A stretch of 64,000 nucleotides of DNA, from positions 4,956,587-5,020,586 of the forward strand of contig CM120648.1 of assembly GCA_051362555.1 (NCBI GenBank). The letters run 5' to 3'. Source of the stretch: Lingula anatina. Its lineage: Eukaryota > Animalia > Brachiopoda. The notes under the pieces were generated by a model. It was not told where the DNA came from, did no database searches, and saw only the letters and a program-made list of their open reading frames with translations. This document shows, in pieces, positions 38,901 to 48,900 of the stretch (its first letter is position 1; each line of letters starts with the position of its first letter). Position numbers and translations under genes: made by a program.

Positions 38901-39401
38901 AGAGGGGCTGTTGCTGTAGAAAAACCCTTCAAGTGCTTTACGTGCTGGATATCCCACATACCTCTTTAAGTAGAAGATCCTTTCTTCAGGGGGTATACCT
39001 TTTCGTTCTATGAGCATCTGAAAGGATGTCTTCCATTCTAAGTACTGTAGTGGATCTCCAGTAAAAACGCTGGGTTCTGGTATCGGCAATCTGTTAAGGT
39101 TCATGGAATCGGTCAGAGCTTTAACTAGAGTGTTCATATCCTGTAGCGACGACGCAGGTGTAGCGGCGCTGGTATTCTGTGAAGTGTCAACATGACTCCC
39201 ACCATCGCAAGGCTCCGCCTGATCTCGACTCTCGGTTGTAGCAGAATCACCGGTAGAGCGTTTGGCACTGGTCATATGCTCTCTTTCACGTTTTCTTGCT
39301 TCTAAATATTCTGCCATTCTTTTTGTCACTTTCTGTTTTCGTTGAGTCCTTACACTTTCCTCTGTCTCACTGTCACTTTCGGGTTTGTCCATGAACACCA
39401 A
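35943..39401 (-). CDS. BEL/Pao polyprotein: Gag (DUF1759, CCHC knuckles), aspartic protease, integrase, DUF5641; RT/RNase H deleted in frame
   Basis: PSVFTGDPLQY.EWK..F, CYGCLRHGH, ALLDTQSDTSF, H..HQG..CVTC, GIDCFGP, SDQGSNF, WERQIR, RWRRVQYL..FWSRW. No YVDD-type RT motif. Confidence 0.92.
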   Translation of the reverse strand: MVFMDKPESDSETEESVRTQRKQKVTKRMAEYLEARKREREHMTSAKRSTGDSATTESRDQAEPCDGGSHVDTSQNTSAATPASSLQDMNTLVKALTDSMNLNRLPIPEPSVFTGDPLQYLEWKTSFQMLIERKGIPPEERIFYLKRYVGYPARKALEGFFYSNSPSAFHSAWKILDERYGHPFLVQKAFRDKLDTWPKIPTNDPVALRDFGDFLQACHDAIPHVPNLRILNDCTENQKLIAKLPEWVTVRWNREVTQCIDITGEYPPFQMFVEFVTKEARIACNPISSIHALNATKTAAAAHKVKGNANVLTTTSSPPVYVCSYCQKGHFISQCENFRSLTLDHKRTFIRENNLCYGCLRHGHHNNTCKRKLRCEKCQGRHPTCLHDDNFRLARPQPTTEYQVANSLQIDQGKDDSTSMIVPVWVSSRENPSKEILTYALLDTQSDTSFILQETATALQITGQPARLSLSTMTASNTVINSSRISSLQVRAFNSSEIVPINACFTRDFIPANRSHIAVTETVSKWPHLQQLSAELPPLQSCEVGLLIGYNCPMALAPRKVLIGKENQPFAVRTLLGWSVVGYSTPPSANVNVVIAHRTAVKELPQCSSKEVIRVTEKDFAYDKGSVAEISKSPRLTGPSFPWQRQVKLERVTTELQLRDPEVRAFSLCTAVTSTMPNILDLFTRFSCSWKTVSEMGRIQRIANGVNGTQPLTIEERRKAEKSLVMLTQRDAFPDAFSALDAATTLLKTHQLHPQDLVLEDGLLRDGGRLRKAGFPTPLKRPSILPKNHHVTRLILDYTHTDSQHQGRGMTLNKLRSLGFWIVGGSKVVAKFISQCVTCRKLRRPTESQKMADLPKDRVEPMPPFTYCGIDCFGPFLVKQGRKEMKRYGLLITFMCSRAIHIELLDDMSTDSFINTLRCFIAIRGAVRQIRSDQGSNFIGAINEFQHRVDSNKIATFLTKRGVWERQIRTVREILNSVLQLCPGRMDDSSLRTVFYEVMSIVNSRPLTVSEINDPKTLEPLTPNHILTAKADIPFPPPGNFVREDLFLRKRWRRVQYLLEQFWSRWKKEYISQISLRQKWHEPRRNMQKGDVVLIKDIELPRNQWPLARVVEANADDDGLVRRVKVRTGCSGTLRSSILERNVQKLVLLVEN

Positions 39402-39426
39402 TTGTCCGTTGAATAGCTATGGGGAT

Positions 39427-39770
39427 GGAGATTGCACCGTTGGCCCTCACGGGAGGAGAGACTGCACCGTTGGCCCCCACGGGAGGAGAGACTGCACCGT
39501 TGGCCCCCACGGGAGGAGAGACTGCACCGTTGGCCCCCACGGGAGGAGAGACTGCACCGTTGGCCCCCACGGGAGGAGAGACTGCACCGTTGGCCCCCAC
39601 GGGAGGAGAGACTGCACCGTTGGCCCCCACGGGAGGAGAGACTGCACCGTTGACCCCCACGGGAGGAGAGACTGCACCGTTGGTCCTCACGGGAAGAGAG
39701 GCTGCACCGTTGGTCCCCACGGGAAGAGAGGCTGCACCGTTGGTCCCCACGGGAAGAGAGACTCCACCGG
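39427..39770. repeat. 30-bp tandem repeat (~11 copies) in the BEL 5' leader
   Basis: Unit CCGTTGGCCCCCACGGGAGGAGAGACTGCA. Confidence 0.95.
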
Positions 39771-40358
39771 AGATAAGTTTTACTGTAGCTGCACTCAGTC
39801 AAATAAAGGAAGTCTCTAACTGGTTGAATTTTATTGAATTCAAACGTAAAACTGAAAGAAAATAAAATAAAACAAAATAAATAACAGAACAAAAATTGTA
39901 GCGAAAAATACTGAAAACAAACTTAAATACAAAATAACCTAAAAATTGATAACAAATTTACACGAAGTACATACGAAAGTGTAAGAGAAAGGATAGACGG
40001 AAACGTTGCAAAGACCCAAAGCCGGAGAAGTTTACGTTACTTTAGCGTTGAAATAATTTACCTTACCCCCGACCAAGTGTGCTAATATCGTTATAAAAGG
40101 ATAGATAGAAACGTTGAAATACCCAAAGCCAGAGAAGTTTACGTTATCGTTGAAATAATTACCTTTTCCTCCGACTGGGTGTGCTAAAATGGTGTCGTTA
40201 GAGTACACGTATCGTTCTGTGTAAGAAAGTGAAGTGAGCAAAAAGAAATAGAGAGGAGGCCTTATATACGTTGTGGAATGAAAACTGTTCAGTGCAGGGT
40301 GTGGTACAGGCATGTGACGGTGCGGTTAGGTAAGTGCTGTGGCCTGTAACGTTATAAT

Positions 40359-40402
<44 letters not shown>

Positions 40403-41596
40403 AGAGTAAACAGAGAAAGAACGGAAAATGTACTTCGAATGAATAATGAGAAATAAATAAATAAATAAAATAAAATAAAATGTCGCGGGCAGTTACAACG
40501 AGCACACCCTAATGCTAATTGTCTGTGAATTTGGTGACATTTGATGGCGTCTTTTCAATTTTATAGACATTTCTTCCATCTGTAGAAGCCACAGTGTGTT
40601 GTGTATAAGTAGGTCAGCTTATGACGTCACCATATCGCGAGAGCATGAGTATCTCGAGAGCGTTAGTTGAGACAGACGCTGGAGTATGAACGGATAGGAG
40701 ACTGAGTTTTGTTTTGGGACTTTTGAAGGAGAATATTTTTATTTGGAACCTATTTACCACTGAACCGACACTCATATTTTCTACTGGAACTTGCATCGTA
40801 ATTACTGTGGGATTTCATCGGACACTTTCACTGAACTTTGAGCCGATTTATCTCCATTCAATCTCCAGCCGACGGATTCACATCGGACTGTCACACAGGA
40901 CACTTCATGCTTTCAGATAGGTCTATTTGTGTATTAAGAATAGCTTATTGTTATTGTCATTAGTTTATTTAGTTTTAATAAAATATTAAAACTTCTTTAA
41001 ATCTTTTGTCATTGATTTTTGCTGGCATTGGGTACTCTGACCCGTAACACAGTGAAACAGTGGATTTATAAATTTTACTAAATGGTATAAAATATGTATA
41101 TTTTCACCACTATTTTGTATTTTTTTTAAACCATTAATCATGTTAGACACGGTATCTGTAATAAAAAGCACTATTTCTATTAATTTACAGCTGTGAGGTG
41201 GTCATTTGTAAATAAAAGTACATGGGAATGGGGGTGGGACAACCTTTTTGACCAATGTTGTATTTATGGAGGGGAAGTACCAAGCTGGCGCAACGTTGAA
41301 CGCTAAAAGATGTTTGAGACGCACCGCTAAAAATCATTACAAGGTAAACAAAATACTAGCTGCGTATTTAACACTGTTTCAGACTGTTCATTTGCGGGTT
41401 GTCATATACTTACATTATGCAAGAAGCATTGTACAAAAGTGTTCATTTGGTGTATATTAAGACACTGTAACTGCATGATAGCACAGGCATTTTTTTCATT
41501 TCGTATCAACTTTTTCGTCTCTGCTTCATGGAGCACGCATAGTGTATTTCTCCATTTCCCTTTTTTCTAGCTAAAAAACGGAATCCTATTGTACAG

Positions 41597-43896
41597 AACT
41601 GAACAGAAAATCAAGAATGTTGAAGAATGAGGAACCACGGTCACTAACGGAAAGTGGCGGAAAGTTGTGAAAAATTCTGAGGAGAAGCACACAATAATAA
41701 AGCAATTACATGACGAAAGTAAGGGCGCAACTTATGTGCAGACTTCTCATATTTTAAAATTATTTGGTTGGCATTATATGCTTTTAGTATTTTGCATTTT
41801 CTTTCATGTCTCTTTTAATGTTTTAATGTAGGTGGTCACATGGAGTCAAAAAGACTCTCCTCAAAATGCAGCAACATTTCTTTTGACATCGCATGTCAGA
41901 TGATGTAAAAAAATACATAGCTAGGTGCCATAGATGTCAAATGCAAAATCCAAAAGCTAAGAATACCACACCTCATCTCCACCCAGTACCAGTGTCTATT
42001 TGTAAGCCATGGAGCCAGGTAGTTACCCCTTTTTAATAATTACACATAAAAAATATAGAAAAATACGCTTAAAAAGATTATGAAATGGTTATCCATCAAT
42101 TATTTTACAAGGTATATGACAGGCCAAAATTTAACACACCAGCAATGCCTTTTTCCTTAAACACAGATATTACTTTATATTTATGTTATTATCAAATATC
42201 TATTACAGATTGGAATTAACCTTGTGGCAATGGAGGAATCGTACAATGCAAACAAATACTTCTGTTCAGTGTTGTGCTATATACAAAACATGCTTCGGCA
42301 AAACCTTTTAAGAGCAAATGTGCCACTGAAGTGGTTTCATACCTCCATGAACTCATGACGATCTGGAATTAACTTTCAGGCAACAGTCAAAACTTCTTCA
42401 ATTTGGTTCAGTTTTGTTGTAGGACATGTAGGCCGTTGATTCGACGAGTAATGACCCACCCATTGTCTATTGTCTATGTGGTTCAAAAATGGCGATTTTG
42501 ATGACCAAGGTATCTGCTAATTCCCTTGGTTCTGTAAGTTATCTGCTATTAAAAGTGCTCTGTGTGAACCGGCAATCTCACCGTGCAACCTTAAACTGTT
42601 CCTAAGGTGCCCAGTATCAAATGATACCACATTGGTCCCCAGATTATTCCTTTATTTGATCTGGTTCAGGTTTTCTTCGATGACTACCATTGGTGCTTTG
42701 GCACCAATGTGGTATCTACTCCAAATACTGGTGCTGTCAATGACCCTAGTCACTTTAGAAGCAGCTCACGCTTCGTCGAAGGCCTCTTCAGGATGTTTAT
42801 ATACTCTGTTTTGACCAGTTGGGCAGTACGGGTGAAATCTGACCTCAATAAAGAAAGCCACGCAGTTTCAGTGTTATACCCAGAAACGGTCATGGCCCCC
42901 AATTCATTAGAGAAACAGACGACGCTGTTTTGCTGTTTACAGTGGCTTACTCAGAGGTCGTCTTGTATCCTAACCTACTGAAACCAGTATGGTGTTCGTT
43001 AAATGCCTTGAAAAACGCGTTTTGCTGACAATTTGCCCCTCATTCTAAACGGACTAGGTGGCATTTGTTTAGTTGCAGCAGCATTTCCAGAAGGACAGTG
43101 CGTCCTGCACCCTGGTGGTAAGATTCTGATACATTGGGCGTGGCCTCTGTGTAGGTACATCAGTTTTGGCATAACCCTTTAAAACTGTGCGGACCATTCC
43201 GTGTGACACAATAGTCCGTCTGGCAATGTCTGTCTTTTTCGCTCCATTCTGGCACAGATTTACAATTTTGTATAACACTGCTTAACTCATTTTACCCACT
43301 GCAAAACCGACCGCTTGCATGCAAAATTGCAAATTCTTAGATGCAGCAGTTGCCGACATATGAATAATTTTTTGGTAGAACCATGCTTCGCCAAACCCAA
43401 GCTTTGACCAGCCCAAAGGAGCACTTCCCAATTAAATTACTGCATATCACACAATGTAGCAGTGCAACAGACATAGTAGTCAGTTAATTGGTAGCGACAC
43501 ACCTGACTAGACACTTCTCCAGTCTGATATCTTATAGGAGATCTTAGTTTTTTGAAAAAAGAACGCATTTTTACCAAGGTATACCTTTGAAAATGACATA
43601 TTCCATATTAAATGTCAAGTCTGTAGATTAGTTTTAACCATCGATAATACATACCATTTTTCATATCTTTCACGAAGGACTTTCAGATTTGAATTAAAGT
43701 GTTAAAGAAAAACCTTACAAGGGAAGATAGAAAGGGAGGCAAAGCTGCCCCAAGGTACATGGGGCCATACAAAATAGTGGCGAAGAAGCCAAACGGCACG
43801 TATATTCTGGAAAATTTACAAGGGAAAAAGTCTTTTAAACTTTTTCCCTTGGCTGTGGGTGCTGGTCAGCTAAAGCAGCACAGAGAAAATAGGTGA
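41597..43896 (+). pseudogene. Intron-containing Gypsy-type integrase (Ginger1/GIN-like), decayed
   Basis: Exon-like pieces RKVV..EEKHTIIKQLHDE | GGH.GVKKT...MSDDVKKYIARCHRCQ..LHPVPV..PWSQ | IGINLV...NKY..TK....P...K.ATEV, separated by GT-AG introns. C-terminal RKGGK..RYMGPYKI at 43699-43896. Stops and frameshifts present. Confidence 0.75.
42370..43300 (-). mobile_element. Tc1/mariner transposase remnant nested in the Ginger-like element
   Basis: HTH-like IVNLCQNGAKKTDIARR..VS...VRTVLK.Y..T.....RPRP....TTRVQD and DDE-region-like IW....GAKAPMVVIEENLNQ..., disrupted. Confidence 0.6.
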
Positions 43897-45011
43897 TTTT
43901 TCTTTTAAAAAATTATAAAATGTAAATGTCACCTTTTATCTATTCTATAAAAACAATGTTAGCTATTGAAACATCAACTTTATATTTATTGTCATTGCGT
44001 TTTCATGATCAATTTGGTTAGCATTTACAGCACGTTGATATTTCTGTATTTCAGAGCTGAAGGCGAGGCTGAAACCAGTTTTAAAATATTAAAGAATTAC
44101 ATAATTGAGTATTTTGTACAACAAAGAAGATTGTAAACAATAAACACCCAGTTAAAACAGGTTTTCTGTATTCTTGTCTTTTTTTTAATTCAATAAATTA
44201 TATATTTTTATTGATAATTAGTTACAATTATATTGCATCAATAGAACTATTACTTCAATGAAATGTATAAAGCATACATATTGCAAAAAATAAGGAATAT
44301 TGCCTTATTGGTACGAATTAAACTCGATTTTCTTTTGCCTAAAGTGCAACAGTAAGGGGGACCCTGCGATTCAAAGCGGACTGTTCATTTTAAATCTGAA
44401 AGTCTGCGGACTGCATGTTTTAATATAGGAAGTCCCCCCGACTTTCAGATTTAAAACTTAATATCCGTGGACCCAACGTTTTAAAGCTGAGTGCCTGCCG
44501 GACACTCAGTTTTAAAACATAGGGTCCGCCCCGCCGGACTCTGAAAGGAGGGTCACACTTTTGAGAGTTTATTTTCACAAATTATGATACCTTTTAGATG
44601 TATTTTTTTTTTTTTTTCAGTTTTACGGTCACCAGGATGTAAGGCATAGGCCTACTTCTGAAAATCCGGTGCAGTATTGAACATATTTTCTTTTCCTTTC
44701 ATATTGTCTGAAAAAGACCCTTGTGTGCACTCTATATTCCACGTTTCAACCTTTTTTTAAAAGTTAGTCTAATGTCATAGCACCAAATCCAGAAAGTATT
44801 CTCCAAACAATGATTGCCATTACCGGCGATTTTTCTTGAAAATAACAGAATTTCAACAAAGGTATACAAAATTCTATAAAACACAGGGTTATGACTTAAA
44901 CACAAAACGATGTTCTTGAGATCGCCTCTCACCCATTTATGCCTCATGCAATAGCGCTTCTTATCAAACATAGTAAAGGCTTGTCAAACTCTCTACAAGC
45001 CAGCTACACGG

Positions 45012-45560
45012 ATGACAAACGAGAAAAAAAATGGAACGCAGTCAAATTTTGATGTACATTGGAAAGATGTCTATAAGAACTGTTTCGAAACAACAAAGGA
45101 CACCAAACTGCAGTGGTTCCAATGCCGCATAATACATAGGCTCCTGCCTATTAAATCATATTTAAAAACTATAGAGCTTGAGAACGATGACGTCTGCTCT
45201 CTTTGTGCCAGGGAAGAAATTTCGCATGCTCTCTTCCACTGCGCGTATAGTAAGAAAATTTGGGAAGAACTGAAAGTTACATCTTTAACAGAACGAATAA
45301 AAACATTACCTTTAATGAAAAATGCATCCCTTTCGGCTATCGACAAACCCAAACAGCCCAATTAATTTTGTTATTCTTTCTACGAAATTTTATATTTACA
45401 AAAGTTTCAAAAAGAAAGAATGTACGCGTCTTTATTCACTCAAAAATTACATAAAGGATCAATTTATAAGAGAAAGATTCAATGCATTAAAAAAGCTAAA
45501 TTTAACAAACTTTGAAAAAAAATGGGAAAATTGGTCAGAAATGTTTGAATTTAATTAGTA
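45012..45560 (+). mobile_element. L1/Tx1-clade LINE 3' end (zf-RVT region)
   Basis: WKDVY...TKDTKLQWFQCRIIHRLLP...CSLC..EEISHALFHC, frameshifted into ...FEKKWENW. Confidence 0.85.
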
Positions 45561-45648
45561 TTCATCTGTTTCAGCAACATAATATATTGCACTTTTTTAT
45601 TGTTAATAATCTATTGTATGTTTGGTTGAATACATTGTGGTATCGATC

Positions 45649-45681
<33 letters not shown>

Positions 45682-45907
45682 CCTATAGTTCATGAGATTA
45701 TAAATGTATATTCGTGTGTGAGAGAGAGAGTGTGAATTTACCATTCTTAGGTTGTGTACATTCTTGTACTGAAATTTTTCAATAAAATAAATGATTGCCA
45801 TTACCTATGAAGGCAGTAAAGGAATAACATTGTTTTTTTTATGAGTAAGTGATTGACAATATGTCTCAATAGTGCTGCCACAATTATCAGCTGAAATATG
45901 TGACAAT

Positions 45908-48900
45908 CTACGAGATCTCAGAACTTGGAGAAAACCGAATCATCTTCCTCGTCATAATGCACGCCACTTTGTGGAAGAGCGCAGGGCAGTGGACTCGTAG
46001 AATCTAAAAATAGAATTAAGTTTTGGTAGTGTTTAAATGAAACTGAATCAAGGTTTTATTTACAAATAAGGTGATTTTCTGAAATTGCATGTATAATTTG
46101 GGTGGGGAGCTTATCTTGCCGAGGACACTTTTATACGAATTTAATGCGATAGCGCAAAAACGTCAGCATTTTTTCTTTTCTTTTTTTTTTTTTTTCAATT
46201 ACAACAAAGTCTTTTAAAGCCATGCAATGGTTATCAATTGCAAACTCCATCTGCTTTTTTTAATACGAAAAATTACACCTTAAATGGCATTACACAATAC
46301 TCCTACGCAATTAATTGATAACCTGAATACCTCTTCCATTTCTGATGCCTTTAAGTCTTCTTTTGCTAAAATATCACCTGGCACGTTGACATGCAGTAAA
46401 TCTTCAGTGTCAACATTAATAAGCCCATAGAGGCGCATCGTCAATTCTTCTAAATCTGATAAATAAAAAAGACAACACAATTATGTTAGGGTTTGCACTG
46501 GTCCCTAAGGTTCAGTCGTGATTAATATTCATCATTTGGAAATGATTGGGATGACAATTTGTTTCAAGTGATAACTGATGCTAACAAAAAAGTTTTCATT
46601 TTAACTTCAAGTTTCGTGGCACTGAGGTTCCTCCAAATAGTTTGCAGATATCTCAAATAAGAAACTGTAGCCACATATGTGCTATTGGAATCTTAATTAC
46701 CAATTACAACCTATATTTTCTTCATAATAATCTGATTATATTTAAAAACACCTTTTCATTCTTCATTTACTTTCCGTTGATATGTTATTCCGCGTTTTTT
46801 TTAATGTCATTGCTACCTGGGTTATCGTCCACGGCCTTGACCTCTGTGGCGCATGAGAGAGAGCTGATCATGTCCCCCTAGAACAAAACAGAAAATAGAT
46901 TACATATTAAATAAAGGATTTAAAACATTGGTCAGCGATATTAATTTAGTAACACTAAAAAGTTGCTTAGTTTTACTTTATATCTTCTCTTAAATTTTGA
47001 ACACAAATGCTGATGTTATCATTACCTAAACTGGTACAGGCAATGGATTTCACAAAACCGTGTCAGGCCATTTTTGGCGTTTGAAATCCAGATTACAAAA
47101 CGAGATTTCACTTACCACATTAACACGGTTTGGATTGGTACATGACGTAATTTCCTCGTACATGACGTAGCCATAGTCTAGACCAGTGTTGGCAATGGTA
47201 GCAGCCATAACGAATGGGCCTGGTACCACTATTTCGGCATGAGAAAACTTGAATTGAAAAAAAATATGCAAATAAAAAGTAGGATACACGTGATCACATA
47301 TTTTATTCAAATGTAGAGGCAAATGTGTCAGTCTATATGGTCATTAGCTCTACGTCTAACATTTTAATCCATAATCAGAGGACAACGACATGATATTAAT
47401 GCTTTTGATATCAATATCAATATCATGAAAGTACTAGTAAGCACACGTTTTACCATTATTGTGCCAATCCAGTGTTTACACGGTTCCTAGGGACGTTTTT
47501 TTGGAGCATATACATAAAAAAGCAAATTATGCATATAAATAATCCCCAGCTCAGTTAATATGGAAACTATGGCGTTTTAACTAACTTACCCTCATTATGT
47601 TAAAGTGGTGCGGATTGGTCAACCACATCAAATGGGAGAGACCACGTGACTCGGCGTCTGTCAACACTTTGACAAGGCGATGAGCGTACACCTTATGGAG
47701 AAAAAATGATATTATAAAATAAAACATCATTTGAAGTAATCAGGAAAGAAATAAATTTTAGCAGATCTAAGATTTTATAGACTGCAAAATGAAGGTCCAT
47801 GACGCTAATCGGACTCACTTTGACACACTAAAGATATCGTTATTTCAAAGATATATATTTTCAATTTGAAAATCATAGCAAAAACTAAATGTTTTATCAC
47901 CTCACAAACACTATATTATTTTATCAGGAAACTATCACTATATGAAGGACTACAAAAGTCGAGGGCTGTCGTTACCTTTCCAACCTCGACAGCAGCTGCT
48001 TCGTGAAACGGGCATTTTGAGCGGTCTTTGGCGCCATCTACCACAGTTCTCTGGTAAGAGAATTAACACTACATATGATACCGTGAAAAAACGTATGTAT
48101 CCTGCCAACAATTAATAGCTTATATCTCAGATACCCCTAAGGTACATGGTATAAGAACCTGTTAAAAGGACAAATGTTGCACTATGCACGGTATATTAAT
48201 GCTACGAGTTAATGCCGTTAAATAGGGCCTCAGAGGAGTTTTTTTCACAAGATATTTCTCTGGCTATTCACCAGTAACATACTGTGCATAATTCTTTTCT
48301 GTGTCCGGCGAGGATTTTTGCGCAACAACTAAGTCAAAACCAAGTCAACCTAAGGTGGAGAACAGGATTAGATTATACTTTATGAGTACTAAATACAGTT
48401 TTGTCTACAATCTTGATCTCGTTTGATCTCGTTCACGGCGTCTTACCTTCAGTTTACTAATGACTTTGACGGCGGATGTCTCCGATTTCGTTTCTGTACT
48501 TGGTTGTATTTTTGGAAACATGCCTTGTGGAAACATGGATATTTTGTCAACACTCAGTAACGAAATGCCGCCCGTATCTGTGAGCTCATGCCGTGACGTC
48601 ACTACGTCGTATTTCCCTTCATTACCTACAACAACAACAACAAAAAATAAACTCCAAGAAATACGAGTTCGGTGATTGAGCAAATTGTAAATAAATATGA
48701 AGTGAAGTTGAGATTAATTGTATTACACTGCTATTTTGACACTACCTTAAAATATTCCAGATTCCTCTTGTAACACATTTCAGTAGGCGTTATCAAAACA
48801 CCATAAAACAGTTATATTGAAATACGGAGTATAAGCGCTCCAATAGTATAGAAATAGAATATCTAGCTGCCATGCCGTATTGAATTCTGTCACATCCTAC

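Larger units (their letters stand above)
34905..40497 (-). mobile_element. BEL/Pao LTR retrotransposon, recent, lacking RT/RNase H
   Basis: LTRs 34905-35610 and 39784-40497 (TG...CA), identical by eye except for (AG)n length. 5-bp TSD ACGAG. PPT-like TTGGTGGGAG next to the 3' LTR. Confidence 0.95.
34811..41049 (+). mobile_element. Probable solo LTR (TGTTAC...GTAACA) split by the BEL insertion
   Basis: 34811-34904 plus 40503-41049 make ~640 bp with a 6-bp terminal IR, TATA-like GTATAAG at ~40603 and AATAAA at ~40977. No TSD found. Confidence 0.45.

Noticed and set aside
39350-39892. Several repetitive ORFs and a CRISPR-like look in the 30-bp array
   Set aside because: Head-to-tail minisatellite without unique spacers in the BEL leader; the ORFs are by-products of a stop-free 30-bp unit.
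35153-40313. Identical 93-aa ORFs at 35153 and 40032
   Set aside because: Both lie in the two LTRs and have no recognisable protein features.
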